Of a stretch of 64,000 nt of DNA, positions 8,305 to 17,359 are shown in pieces. Numbering within the stretch: the stretch's first letter is position 1; every line of letters begins with the position of its first letter. The notes below the pieces were generated by a model that did not search any database, was not told the origin of the DNA, and worked only from the letters and a program-made list of their open reading frames with translations. Location: assembly GCA_035352955.1 (NCBI GenBank), contig DAOPYQ010000009.1:8088-72087 (forward strand). The letters run 5' to 3'. The translations under genes were made by a program, and so were the position numbers. The stretch comes from Candidatus Omnitrophota bacterium (GTDB lineage Bacteria > Omnitrophota > Omnitrophia > Omnitrophales > Aquincolibacteriaceae).

Positions 8305-8760
8305 ATGGCAACACACGCAGCAGAGCAAACATCGATAAATAAAATGTCAGAGGCCAACAGCGTGGAACGTTCGCGACCCACCCGCAAGAAGAGGGTCCTC
8401 GTGATCGAGGACGAATACAGCGCCAGCAAATTCCTGACCCTGCGGCTGAAGAATCTCGGCTGCGAAGTCACGACGGCTTTTGACGGCATGACGGGCCTCA
8501 AGGAAGCCCTGGAGAAATTACCCGACCTCGTTATTCTTGATCTTATGATCCCAAAGCTCCCGGGCGAAGAGGTCTGCAAAGGCATCCGGGAACATCTCGA
8601 CGAAGAGATCGCCAAAATCCCTATTATCATGCTTACCGGAAAAGACTCTATGGTCGACAAGATCCTCGGGAAAGTCTTGGGGGCGGACGCTTATCTTACC
8701 AAGCCCTATGATTTCGCCGACCTTCTCGAAAAGATCAGACAGGTCATACCGGATTTTTGA
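8305..8760 (+). CDS. Single-domain response regulator (CheY-like receiver)
   Basis: KRVLVIEDE...LVILDLMIP...IIMLTGK...YLTKPYD receiver signature with no output domain. AAGGA RBS. Confidence 0.85.
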   Translation: MATHAAEQTSINKMSEANSVERSRPTRKKRVLVIEDEYSASKFLTLRLKNLGCEVTTAFDGMTGLKEALEKLPDLVILDLMIPKLPGEEVCKGIREHLDEEIAKIPIIMLTGKDSMVDKILGKVLGADAYLTKPYDFADLLEKIRQVIPDF

Positions 8761-8832
8761 CATTATAAATAAGCGTTAAGCAGCCCCGGGGTCGTCCCAT
8801 CGGACCCCTTGAACTGAGGAAGGGCGTGAAAG

Positions 8833-10524
8833 ATGGACCAGAAAAAGTTTTTACAGCCGGGCTTAAGGCTTCTGCTGGTCGAAGATGACCCGGAATTTGC
8901 CGGCATCCTGAAGATACGCCTCAGTAAAGAAACGAACCCGCCGCTTCTCGTCACTTGGGTGCCTGATCTCGCCCAGGCCCTTCTTGCCTTGAGGGAACCT
9001 GTCTGGGACCTGATTCTGCTCGATCTGATGCTCCCGGATTCAAGCGGTATCCAGACCTTCATAACCGTCCGGGCACAAGCCAACCATGCTCCCATCGTAA
9101 TTATGACAGGGCTCGACAACGACAACCTCGCGATCGACGCCGTTCGCAAAGGAGCCGAAGATTTTCTGGTCAAGGGCGACACCAACAGCAAGTTGTTGCT
9201 CCGGATTATCCATCACGCGATCGACCGGCATAGCATCAAGGAAAAGCTCGCTTCCGTCACGGGCCGGCTCCGGGAAACCAACCTCCGTCTTGAAAAAATG
9301 GCAATCTTGGACCCTCTCACCGAGCTCTACAACCGGCGGGGACTCCAGCATTTATTGAAGCGCGAAATGCAGGTCATGTCGCGGGAAGGCGGCCAACTCC
9401 TCGTCCTTTTGATCGACCTGGATGACTTCAAGTATATCAACGACACGCTCGGCCATCCCGTCGGGGACCTCCTCCTCAAGGAAACCGGCAAAAGGATCAA
9501 GGAGTCGGTCAGGCTCTCGGACCATGTGGCCAGAGTCGGAGGCGACGAATTCATTCTCCTGCTCCCGAAAACCGACCTCCGGGAAGGGATCCAGCTTGCG
9601 GAAAGGATTCGCCTGGCCGTTTCAAACACGACCATCACTCTTTCTGAAAAAGCAAAGGTGCGCGTCACCGCAAGCCTCGGCCTGACCCCCGTCACGGAAG
9701 AGGTCACTTCCATCGACGAACTCCTGATCATGGCCGATCCATTCCTCAGACGCAGCAAAAACGAGGGGAAAAACCGGGTTTCCTACGAGGTGCTGCACGA
9801 GTCAGAGCAACATCCCCGTGCAACGGTCCCCCATCACCTGACAAGCCTGATGCGCCAAGGAAATGATTTTTTTGCCCTCAAACAACCCATTATCCGTCTC
9901 ACTGACAATTCGGTCATCGGATACGAATTTCTTTCCAGGCTTAAAAGAGACAACGTCTACACCCCCGATGAGTTCTTCCGGATCGCCATGGAAAACAACA
10001 TGTTGACGCTGGTGGACCACCACTGTTTCCGCTCCTGCATTTCAGCCTCCGTCGCGCTTCCTCCAGAAATGCACCGGCACATCAATCTCTTCCCGACCAC
10101 CATCATCGATCTCCCGGTAGAGGAGCTCGTCGAAAAACTGGCCGCCACTTGCCCCGCCCATAGCTATTGCTTTGAAATCAGCGAGCAACAGCTTCTGGGG
10201 GAACCCTCTTATTTGATCGGCCCGGTACAAACGTTCAAGCGGTATGGGATCTCCGTCGCCGTGGATGACGTCGGCTTCGGCAACACCTGTTTCGAAAGCC
10301 TGATCCTGCTGGAGCCAGACGTAATTAAGCTTGATAAAAAATATGTGAAAGGAATCGCGCAAAATCCTCATGTGGAACGCTCGTTCCGCCGCATCCTTAA
10401 AGTGGCGGAGGATCTGAACGCGGAAGTCATCGCCGAAGGAATTGAAACCGAAGAGGATCTCCAGCGGCTCAAAGAGCTCGGAGTAAAATACGGTCAGGGA
10501 TTTTATCTCGGGATGCCGGCCTAG
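8833..10524 (+). CDS. Response regulator with GGDEF and EAL domains (c-di-GMP turnover protein, REC-GGDEF-EAL)
   Basis: Receiver (LRLLLVEDDPEF...LILLDLMLPD). GGDEF domain with RLSD I-site and the GGDEF motif itself (RVGGDEFILLL). EAL domain with the EFL variant (GYEFLSRL), DDVGFG, EGIETEED and KYGQGFYLG. Confidence 0.9.
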   Translation: MDQKKFLQPGLRLLLVEDDPEFAGILKIRLSKETNPPLLVTWVPDLAQALLALREPVWDLILLDLMLPDSSGIQTFITVRAQANHAPIVIMTGLDNDNLAIDAVRKGAEDFLVKGDTNSKLLLRIIHHAIDRHSIKEKLASVTGRLRETNLRLEKMAILDPLTELYNRRGLQHLLKREMQVMSREGGQLLVLLIDLDDFKYINDTLGHPVGDLLLKETGKRIKESVRLSDHVARVGGDEFILLLPKTDLREGIQLAERIRLAVSNTTITLSEKAKVRVTASLGLTPVTEEVTSIDELLIMADPFLRRSKNEGKNRVSYEVLHESEQHPRATVPHHLTSLMRQGNDFFALKQPIIRLTDNSVIGYEFLSRLKRDNVYTPDEFFRIAMENNMLTLVDHHCFRSCISASVALPPEMHRHINLFPTTIIDLPVEELVEKLAATCPAHSYCFEISEQQLLGEPSYLIGPVQTFKRYGISVAVDDVGFGNTCFESLILLEPDVIKLDKKYVKGIAQNPHVERSFRRILKVAEDLNAEVIAEGIETEEDLQRLKELGVKYGQGFYLGMPA

Positions 10525-10532
10525 GCGCGACC

Positions 10533-12824
10533 ATGAAAAATAACGGCTGTAAAAAGACAAAAGACCCCATCGTTTTTCACGCGTGGCTAAGGTTCGTCCT
10601 GGCTTTTGTGTTCCTGGTCTTTTTCGCATGCGGCAATTTTTTTATTCTTAGCCAAAAAATCACAAAGGTCGAAGAAGTCACCTCCTTGATCGGCTTCATG
10701 GAAAGTCAATGTTCGGTGATCCGTCAGGCGACCTTCTCGGCCGCCGCCTACGCCCAGTCCAAAGACCCGACGGAACGGCAAATGTCCAGGGAAAACACCC
10801 ACGAACAGCTCGCATCCCTTTTCTTTTTCGGGACAACTTCGAACGACATCGCCTCCGGACACACCCAGCTAACGCTTCCTATCACGCGAATCCTCCGGAA
10901 GATCTATACCTCCCCCCCCGGGTTCCTGAACGACCGGGTCAGCAGCTATATTTCTGTGACTAGAAAATTCCTTCTTGGGGCGCCTTCGGGACTCAGTTCG
11001 GGAAACCCTTTTCTGGTATCGCTTAAGAACCAAAGCGCGGAACTGATCGGGGCCATGCGAACGGTAATCGATTCTTTTCAGACAACCAACGAAGCCGCGA
11101 TCCTGCGGTTGCGCTGGATCGAAACAGTCCTCTTCGTCGCCGACCTCGCGTGTCTTGCGCTGATTGCTTTCTTTGTGGTGATCCCCTTATTGAAGAGGAC
11201 CGGCATTTATCTGCTCCAGATGAGAACCGTCAATGAAGCCCTGGAAATCAAAGTTTCCGAACGGACCGCCGAGCTTGAACAAAAAGCCTCGGAACTTTCG
11301 CAATCCAACCAGTTCCTGCGGGAACAAATGGAGGAAAGGCTCAAGGCGGAGCGGGAGCTTCTCAAAACCAACGCCTTTCTTGACTCGATCATCGAGAACA
11401 TCCCGAACATGATCTTCATCAAAGACGCCGAGGAACTGCGCTTTGTCCGTTTCAACCGTGCGGGAGAAGAACTCCTGGGATATCGCCGCGAAGAACTCCT
11501 CGGAAAGAACGATTATTCTTTTTTCCCGAAGGCGCAAGCCGATTTTTTTACACAAAAAGACCGGAATACTCTCGACGGAAAAGAACTCCTGGATATCCCG
11601 GAGGAGCCGATCGAAACGCGAAAAAAAGGCCCGAGGATCCTTCACACTAAAAAAATCCCGATCCTCGACGCCAAAGGAAACCCTTCCTACCTGCTCGGGA
11701 TTTCCGAAGATGTGACCGACAGGATCCGCTTTGACCAGCACCTCCATGAACTTTCCATGGCAATGGAAAACGCCCTCGACGGAATCGCCAAACTCGACCA
11801 AAACATGAAGTTCCTGAGCGTCAACAGGGCCGGCGCCGCCATGATGGGATACACGCCCCAAGAAATGGTCGGACTAAACCGGCTTGTGACGGTTTGCGCC
11901 GAAGACCATGATAAAGTCCGGACCGCTTTCGAAGAAATGTTAAAAAGCGGCAAGGCAGAAACCGAAGTGAAAGCTATTCGCAAAGACGGTTCGGTGTTCT
12001 ACCAATTCGTCGTGATGGTCCGCACCCATGACAAAAAACAGAATTTCACCGGACTCTACTGCTTCATGCGCGACATCACGGAACATAAATACCGGGAAGC
12101 TCTGGAGATCAAATCCGAGCTTATCCAGATGGTCTCGCACGAATTGCGCACGCCGATCCACTCGATCAAAGACGGCATCAGCATTGTCCTCGAAGGGCTC
12201 ACGGGCGAGCTCACCGACGAACAACGGGAGGTCCTTACCATCTCCCGGCGCTGCGTGGACCGTCTGGTCCGACTCGTCAATGATGTGCTGGCGTTCCACC
12301 GGTTTGAGGCGGGTGTGATCGAATTTGTGATGAAAAAAACAAACCTCAACAAAACGATCCAGGAAGCCACGGACTCCATGATACCGCTCGCGCAGGACAA
12401 AGATCTTTCCATCGACCTTGAGCTTCAGAAAGGGCTGCCTGAAGTCGAAATGGACCGCGACAAGATCCTTCAAGTCCTGACAAACTTTCTCCAGAATTCG
12501 ATCAAATTCACGGCAAAAGGAGGGATTACGATCACATCTTCCCTCGAAGGAAAAAATGTCAAAGTTTCGATCAAAGATACGGGGATCGGAATTCAGGAAA
12601 AAGATTTTTCGAGACTTTTCAAAAAATTCGGGCAGGCTGAGACGGCGAAGCTGATCGCTCCGGGCGGGACCGGGCTTGGGCTTGCCATCTCGAAAAAGAT
12701 CATCGAAGAACACCGCGGCACGATCAAAGTAGAATCAGAATACAAAAAAGGCAGCGTTTTTTCTTTCACCCTTCCCTTAGAACAACCCAAACCGGCTTCG
12801 AAACAATCCTCCTCCGTATTATAA
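10533..12824 (+). CDS. Sensor histidine kinase with periplasmic sensor region, two PAS domains, HisKA and HATPase_c
   Basis: Two TM segments flank a ~150 aa extracytoplasmic region. Coiled coil. PAS repeats (FLDSIIENIPNMIFIKD...; MENALDGIAKLDQNMKF...). H-box SHELRTPIHSI. G-boxes DTGIGI and GGTGLGLAISKKIIEEH. Confidence 0.9.
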   Translation: MKNNGCKKTKDPIVFHAWLRFVLAFVFLVFFACGNFFILSQKITKVEEVTSLIGFMESQCSVIRQATFSAAAYAQSKDPTERQMSRENTHEQLASLFFFGTTSNDIASGHTQLTLPITRILRKIYTSPPGFLNDRVSSYISVTRKFLLGAPSGLSSGNPFLVSLKNQSAELIGAMRTVIDSFQTTNEAAILRLRWIETVLFVADLACLALIAFFVVIPLLKRTGIYLLQMRTVNEALEIKVSERTAELEQKASELSQSNQFLREQMEERLKAERELLKTNAFLDSIIENIPNMIFIKDAEELRFVRFNRAGEELLGYRREELLGKNDYSFFPKAQADFFTQKDRNTLDGKELLDIPEEPIETRKKGPRILHTKKIPILDAKGNPSYLLGISEDVTDRIRFDQHLHELSMAMENALDGIAKLDQNMKFLSVNRAGAAMMGYTPQEMVGLNRLVTVCAEDHDKVRTAFEEMLKSGKAETEVKAIRKDGSVFYQFVVMVRTHDKKQNFTGLYCFMRDITEHKYREALEIKSELIQMVSHELRTPIHSIKDGISIVLEGLTGELTDEQREVLTISRRCVDRLVRLVNDVLAFHRFEAGVIEFVMKKTNLNKTIQEATDSMIPLAQDKDLSIDLELQKGLPEVEMDRDKILQVLTNFLQNSIKFTAKGGITITSSLEGKNVKVSIKDTGIGIQEKDFSRLFKKFGQAETAKLIAPGGTGLGLAISKKIIEEHRGTIKVESEYKKGSVFSFTLPLEQPKPASKQSSSVL

Positions 12825-12906
12825 ACTTCTTCGGAAAAGCACAGCCCGGGCAGGGGCTTTCATGGAATGAAAGTTGCGACGTTAGCGGAGTAGAGTTTGA
12901 AGAGAG

Positions 12907-14544
12907 CTAATCGGCGTGGCGAATCGACTGAACGCCTGAGGCATTCAACCGGACCGTCACAAAAGGCTTGGGTTCCTTCGAGGACGCACGTATCACGCGG
13001 ATCCGGATTTCCGCATCCTTGCCCCCGGCGATCCATTCCGCCGGAATCGTGATCGCCCGCTCGGATGAACGGACCTCCCCGAGAACTTTTCCTTCTTGAT
13101 CCCGGCCGATCCATTCTGCCCGGTAGGACGTTCCGGTGGCGGATTCGCAACCGTGCTCTACGGCGAGATCGCGGAAAGAAAGTTTTCCGGAACCATATTC
13201 AAAGCTGTCCAGCGGACTCGCTTTCGCGAGCCAGTACCGGACGATGATGTCGCGGCGCTCCATCAATGTCTTTGCGATGTAATCCGAATCCTTCGGATCT
13301 GAATATTGCCCCGCTTTAACGGCCGCTCGGATATCGTCATCGGCAAAACTCATAAGAATCTTGGCGGCCCAAAAACCGTCTGCAGCAGTGACGAGGCGAG
13401 AGGTCTCGTAAGGCAGCTGAACTTTGTACCGGGCCGGATCGAAAAACGCATTGCTAAAATAGCCCACAGCGGGAGAAACGCTCGCCGTCTCATCCGCGGC
13501 GCGCCACTTCTTCTGCCACGGTTTTTCGCGAAATCCGAAGGCTAGGATCGATTTAAAGGTCTCCCCAAAGTCCACCGCATATTCATAGCCGACCATCGGA
13601 GCCTTAGGGGCGTTCTGCGCCGACCCGAGCGATTTGTCAAAATCGATCAAATAGTGCTTCAAAAAGGTTGGACCGTTCTCCGCGACCAGCATGTCGACCG
13701 TATTCCCTTCGCGAACATCGTCGTTATTGAGCCAACCGGAAAAAACGGCGAGGGCGCGAACCTCGCGACGGTCCCGGTGGTTGACGGGGTCCGCGGAATC
13801 TTCTTTGCGCCGGGACTCGAAACTAAAAAATCCTTTGTTCTCGCCTGAGAGAATTTTGCTGGCTGAGGCCCGGTAGAACCCGTCGGCCGTCTGGGGAAGG
13901 AACAGGAGATACTCCTGCAACAGCTTCTGGTTCAAAGGCTTCTTGAATCCGCTGTTGTCCCAGGAGAGAGCCCCCTCCGCAACGCGGATCTGGTCCGCCT
14001 TGATGCGAAGGATCGTATATTGAGGAACATTGTATCCGATCGCGTAATAAAACCGACTGGCAACGATCTCGGCACCGGTCGCGAGCTCAAGATTCCCGAC
14101 CGAGTCGAATTTCAGGAAATACGTATCCCCTTTGGCGTCTTTTACATAGAACCGCGGCTGAACGCCTTCGTGCTCACTTTTCGTCACGACAAGCGGCTGA
14201 CTCATATCAGGGCCGGAGGTCTCCGAGTACCCCTTCTCGAGGTCCTGCGCGGAAAGTCTTTGTCTTCCCTGCCGGTTCGTAAAAAAAGCGGAATCCGGAA
14301 CCTCGTCAAACACGTTCACATTTGCGGAGGCAAGTTTTTTTCCTGAGAGACGCCGCCACCACCGGCCAAGATCGATCTGGTTAACGCCTTCGCTATAAAC
14401 GTTCTGATCGAAAAGGTCCTTATAAAAACAGGTCTCGTTCTTTCCGGTCTTTTCCAGATCCCCCGCAGCAAGCGCCGTGGCCGACGCGCACAAAAACGCC
14501 GCGAACGCCCCCCCCAGCATCCCGAAAAAAATCGTCTTTTTCAT
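12907..14544 (-). CDS. Secreted protein with protein-kinase-like (PI3K/PI4K- or APH-like) catalytic motifs; function unknown
   Basis: Start set at MKKTIFFGMLGGAFAAFLCASATALAA (signal peptide). Segment NHRDRREVRALAVFSGWLNNDDVREGNTVDMLVAENGPTFLKHYLIDFDKSLG resembles a catalytic loop (D-x-x-x-G-N) followed by a DFG-like IDFD. Motif-level inference only. Downstream of, and likely co-transcribed with, the Omp85-like gene. Confidence 0.6.
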   Translation of the reverse strand: MKKTIFFGMLGGAFAAFLCASATALAAGDLEKTGKNETCFYKDLFDQNVYSEGVNQIDLGRWWRRLSGKKLASANVNVFDEVPDSAFFTNRQGRQRLSAQDLEKGYSETSGPDMSQPLVVTKSEHEGVQPRFYVKDAKGDTYFLKFDSVGNLELATGAEIVASRFYYAIGYNVPQYTILRIKADQIRVAEGALSWDNSGFKKPLNQKLLQEYLLFLPQTADGFYRASASKILSGENKGFFSFESRRKEDSADPVNHRDRREVRALAVFSGWLNNDDVREGNTVDMLVAENGPTFLKHYLIDFDKSLGSAQNAPKAPMVGYEYAVDFGETFKSILAFGFREKPWQKKWRAADETASVSPAVGYFSNAFFDPARYKVQLPYETSRLVTAADGFWAAKILMSFADDDIRAAVKAGQYSDPKDSDYIAKTLMERRDIIVRYWLAKASPLDSFEYGSGKLSFRDLAVEHGCESATGTSYRAEWIGRDQEGKVLGEVRSSERAITIPAEWIAGGKDAEIRIRVIRASSKEPKPFVTVRLNASGVQSIRHAD

Positions 14545-14569
14545 TCTCTTGCCCATTCTGTTGCGCCTG

Positions 14570-15892
14570 TTAAAAAGGTAGTTTGTTCTTAACGTAGAAC
14601 CGCGTGCCCTCATCCCCGTGAGCCACGGAAAAATCGAGAAGCATGTTCTGCGCGTAAGTTACGTAAAACCCGATCCCGTAGGACTCTCTCAGGTCCTTCA
14701 GCCGGAAGGCCCATGAGTCTTTGGAAGTCTCGCCCTGATCCCAAAAAAACGACGTGCTCATTTTAAAATCGCGGTACTCCCAAACAGTGTAACGGTATTC
14801 CAGGTTAAAAAGAACGGCGCTTTTGCCATAAAAACGGTTAAACACAAAAGCCCTCTCGGTTTGGCTGAGCCGGGGGAACGTCCCCGAACCGCCCAGCTTC
14901 GTCATATTGTAAAAGGGAACCGTACCATCGTTGACGGCATCATTAGATTCTCCGAAAATCCTCGTGACGAAGATCCTCCGGGGAGAAGCGATCCTGAAAT
15001 ATTTAGCCGCGTCAACCTGATAGGTGAAATAGCGCGCGGGAGAACCGTTAACGCCTTCGGTGAACTTGAAAAGGAGCTTCTGGTAACTTCCCCGAGTGGC
15101 GAAATCCTTGCTGTCGCGCGTGTCGCGCGTGAGACCGAGGGAATATCCCAAGAGGTCATCGCCATAAAGGCCGGGGATGTCCTGGCCGGCAAAAATATTC
15201 CGGATATCCCCCTTGCCGTCATGCGCCCTGTTGCCGATGTTTACATGATCGTAGACGAACTTCGACGCGAGGTTCCAGACCGGGGAAAACTCGTATCCGC
15301 CGACAATCCCAAGGCTAGTCGTTTCCTTCTTATAAGAAGTGCTGTCGCCCAAGCTTGTGTTCGGTCCGATCCCGTAAAAAGTTTCGTTTTCTCTCATTTC
15401 ATACTGAAAGATACCGGAAGTATAAAAGCCGGTATCCAGAATCCTTTGCTTCCCGAGCTCCGAAGCTACCTGAAAAAAGACCTTCGGGCCATACCGGACC
15501 GCTGTTTTCAAGATAAGGTCCGGATGATCGTCTTTCCGACGGGCAAGGCTAACCATGTCAAACGTAGCGCCGAATGCGGGGAAAGGCTCAGTGTCCATCG
15601 AATCAAGGTGCGGGGTCACGCCGTATTCGACCGATTTTTCGTAGATCCACTTGGCCTTTTTATCTATCCGATATTTCTCGGTAAGAACCGCGCCCTTGTC
15701 CATCGGCCATTTCAGAAGCTCGAACGGAAACGCGATCGCCCGGGAGAAAGGGTCCTTGAGGTTTTTTGACGTGAGGGGTTCCTGCGCATAAACGGAATCA
15801 TAGCGGCCCGCCTTCGGGTCAGCTGCGAGCGCTGCCGCGGCAAATCCGGCGCAAAAGATAATAACGGTGAGAAAACACTTTCCGAACTTCAA
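14570..15892 (-). CDS. Outer-membrane beta-barrel protein, Omp85/bacterial surface antigen (BamA/TamA-like) family, short form
   Basis: Signal peptide MKFGKCFLTVIIFCAGFAAAALA. C-terminal beta-barrel signature LGGSGTFPRLS...NLEYRYTVWEY...FFWDQG...YGIGFYVTY...LDFSVAHGDEGTRFYV. At 440 aa there is room for at most one POTRA-like segment. Confidence 0.7.
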   Translation of the reverse strand: MKFGKCFLTVIIFCAGFAAAALAADPKAGRYDSVYAQEPLTSKNLKDPFSRAIAFPFELLKWPMDKGAVLTEKYRIDKKAKWIYEKSVEYGVTPHLDSMDTEPFPAFGATFDMVSLARRKDDHPDLILKTAVRYGPKVFFQVASELGKQRILDTGFYTSGIFQYEMRENETFYGIGPNTSLGDSTSYKKETTSLGIVGGYEFSPVWNLASKFVYDHVNIGNRAHDGKGDIRNIFAGQDIPGLYGDDLLGYSLGLTRDTRDSKDFATRGSYQKLLFKFTEGVNGSPARYFTYQVDAAKYFRIASPRRIFVTRIFGESNDAVNDGTVPFYNMTKLGGSGTFPRLSQTERAFVFNRFYGKSAVLFNLEYRYTVWEYRDFKMSTSFFWDQGETSKDSWAFRLKDLRESYGIGFYVTYAQNMLLDFSVAHGDEGTRFYVKNKLPF

Positions 15893-15983
15893 AATAAATC
15901 GCTCCGTTTTAAGAACTCTTATGAATAGAGGACCGAACAGGGCGTATTCTGCACTTTTTTCCCGGGGGAATCAACCCCCGCCT

Positions 15984-16379
15984 TCACGACGCGTCCCGTT
16001 TCTCGAACGCATCTTCGATCAACCGTATTTCGGGCGGCGCGCCTTCGATCCATGTCACCGCCACCACATCCAAAGAGACCGGCGAGCCGGTCATCTTTTT
16101 CTCCTTCAGATACCATGCGGCTAGCTTGAGGATCTTATCCTGTTTTTTCGTATCCACGGCCTCTTCGGGAACGCCAAACCGTTTCCCTGAGCGCGTCTTG
16201 ATCTCGACAAAGACGATCCGCCCTTTTCGCTTTGCGACGACATCGATCTCCCCCAGAACACACCGGTAATTCTTCTCGAGGATCTCATACCCGTGCTTGA
16301 TCAAAAATTCCCGCGCGACAACCTCACCTCTTTCCCCGAGCGAGAACCGAAAAGGCCTCGGGTTCGGTGAAAGCTTCAC
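15984..16379 (-). CDS. yraN: YraN family (UPF0102) putative endonuclease
   Basis: GERGEVVAREFLIKHGYEILEKNYRCVLGEIDVVAKRKGRIVFVEIKTR is the UPF0102 signature. 4-nt overlap with rnhB, matching the conserved rnhB-yraN arrangement. Confidence 0.8.
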   Translation of the reverse strand: MKLSPNPRPFRFSLGERGEVVAREFLIKHGYEILEKNYRCVLGEIDVVAKRKGRIVFVEIKTRSGKRFGVPEEAVDTKKQDKILKLAAWYLKEKKMTGSPVSLDVVAVTWIEGAPPEIRLIEDAFEKRDAS

Positions 16380-17032
16380 AGGACGGCTCCTTGAAGCGCC
16401 TCCCGAACGGGGGCAAAACTCCGGCGGTGAACGGGAGAAGGGCCGACTTCACGAAGCGCTTTTAAATGCTCGGCCGTTCCGTAACCTTTATGGTTGTGGA
16501 ACGCGTAGGCGGGGTAAATTTCATGCAGCTTATGCATCCAGCGGTCGCGGAAAACTTTGGCGATGATCGAGGCAGCAGCGATGCTTGCGGATTTCTGGTC
16601 GCCACGGATCACGCCCTTTTGTTCCAAAGGAAGGTCGATCCTCATCGGACCGTCGATCAAGAGAAGGTCCGGGGTGCGGGTGAGGTTCAGCACCGCCTTT
16701 TTCATGGCAAGCCGCGTGGCTTCGTAGATATTAATCTCATCGATCATGCGCTCGTCGGCAATCCCGATCCCGACAAGCGCCGAACGCGCGATCACGCCGC
16801 AAAGTTTCTCGCGCTGGGAAGCGCTGAGTTTTTTGGAATCATTAACACCGGAAAGGTCTTCCGGCCGGAAAACGATCACGGCCGCCGCGACCACAGGACC
16901 GGCCAGGGGACCCCGACCGGCTTCATCCACACCAGCCATCCACCCTTCGCGCCCGCGAGTTTCTCCCCGGTCAAACTCCCGCAACTTTTCTAAAAGCTGC
17001 GCTTTCCGAAGATCCTTGGGGCGAAGGGCCAT
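16376..17032 (-). CDS. rnhB: Ribonuclease HII
   Basis: AGVDEAGRGPLAGPVVAAAVI, DSKKLS and the rest of the RNase HII fold motifs. Confidence 0.9.
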   Translation of the reverse strand: MALRPKDLRKAQLLEKLREFDRGETRGREGWMAGVDEAGRGPLAGPVVAAAVIVFRPEDLSGVNDSKKLSASQREKLCGVIARSALVGIGIADERMIDEINIYEATRLAMKKAVLNLTRTPDLLLIDGPMRIDLPLEQKGVIRGDQKSASIAAASIIAKVFRDRWMHKLHEIYPAYAFHNHKGYGTAEHLKALREVGPSPVHRRSFAPVREALQGAVL

Positions 17033-17050
17033 GCGCCGGCTCCCGAATAA

Positions 17051-17359
17051 TTATTGCCGTTTCAGATAATAAAGCTTCGACCGGCGGGCTTTCCCTTTAT
17101 GGCTGACCACGATCTTTTCTACGGTCGGTGAGCACAACGGGAAGATCTTCTCGACTTTATCCCCATAGCTTTCTTTTAAAACCGTAACGCTGGCGCGAAC
17201 GCCCTTGCCCTTTTTCCGGATACAGACCCCTTCGAAAAGCTGGGTGCGGGTCTTATCGCCTTCTTTCACGCGAATGTGGACCTTGAGGGTGTCCCCGATG
17301 CGGAATTCCGGGGTTTTTTTTGATTCGAATTCTTTTTCAACGATATCCATTTTGCTCAT
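17051..17359 (-). CDS. rplS: 50S ribosomal protein L19
   Basis: PEFRIGDTLKVHIRVKEGDKTRTQLFEGVCIRKKGKG...FPLCSPTVEKIVV...RRSKLYYLK matches L19. Confidence 0.9.
   Translation of the reverse strand: MSKMDIVEKEFESKKTPEFRIGDTLKVHIRVKEGDKTRTQLFEGVCIRKKGKGVRASVTVLKESYGDKVEKIFPLCSPTVEKIVVSHKGKARRSKLYYLKRQ

Noticed and set aside
8047-8338. Two overlapping small ORFs (93 aa minus, 67 aa plus) in the AT-rich region upstream of the response-regulator operon
   Set aside because: No RBS, and implausible composition with Cys/Phe runs. The region is better explained as a 340-bp promoter/leader.
9870-10524. Suspicion that the EAL domain of the REC-GGDEF-EAL protein is degenerate because the motif reads EFL instead of EAL
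   Set aside because: The other conserved EAL-domain signatures (DDVGFG, EGIETEED, catalytic K, QGF) are present. The substitution alone is therefore not evidence of inactivity.
12857-12873. Possible bidirectional terminator CTTTCAT-gga-ATGAAAG at the convergent junction of the histidine kinase and the kinase-like secreted protein gene
   Set aside because: The stem is only 7 bp and is A/T-rich. There is no clear U-tract. A terminator is expected here, but this hairpin is too weak to call.
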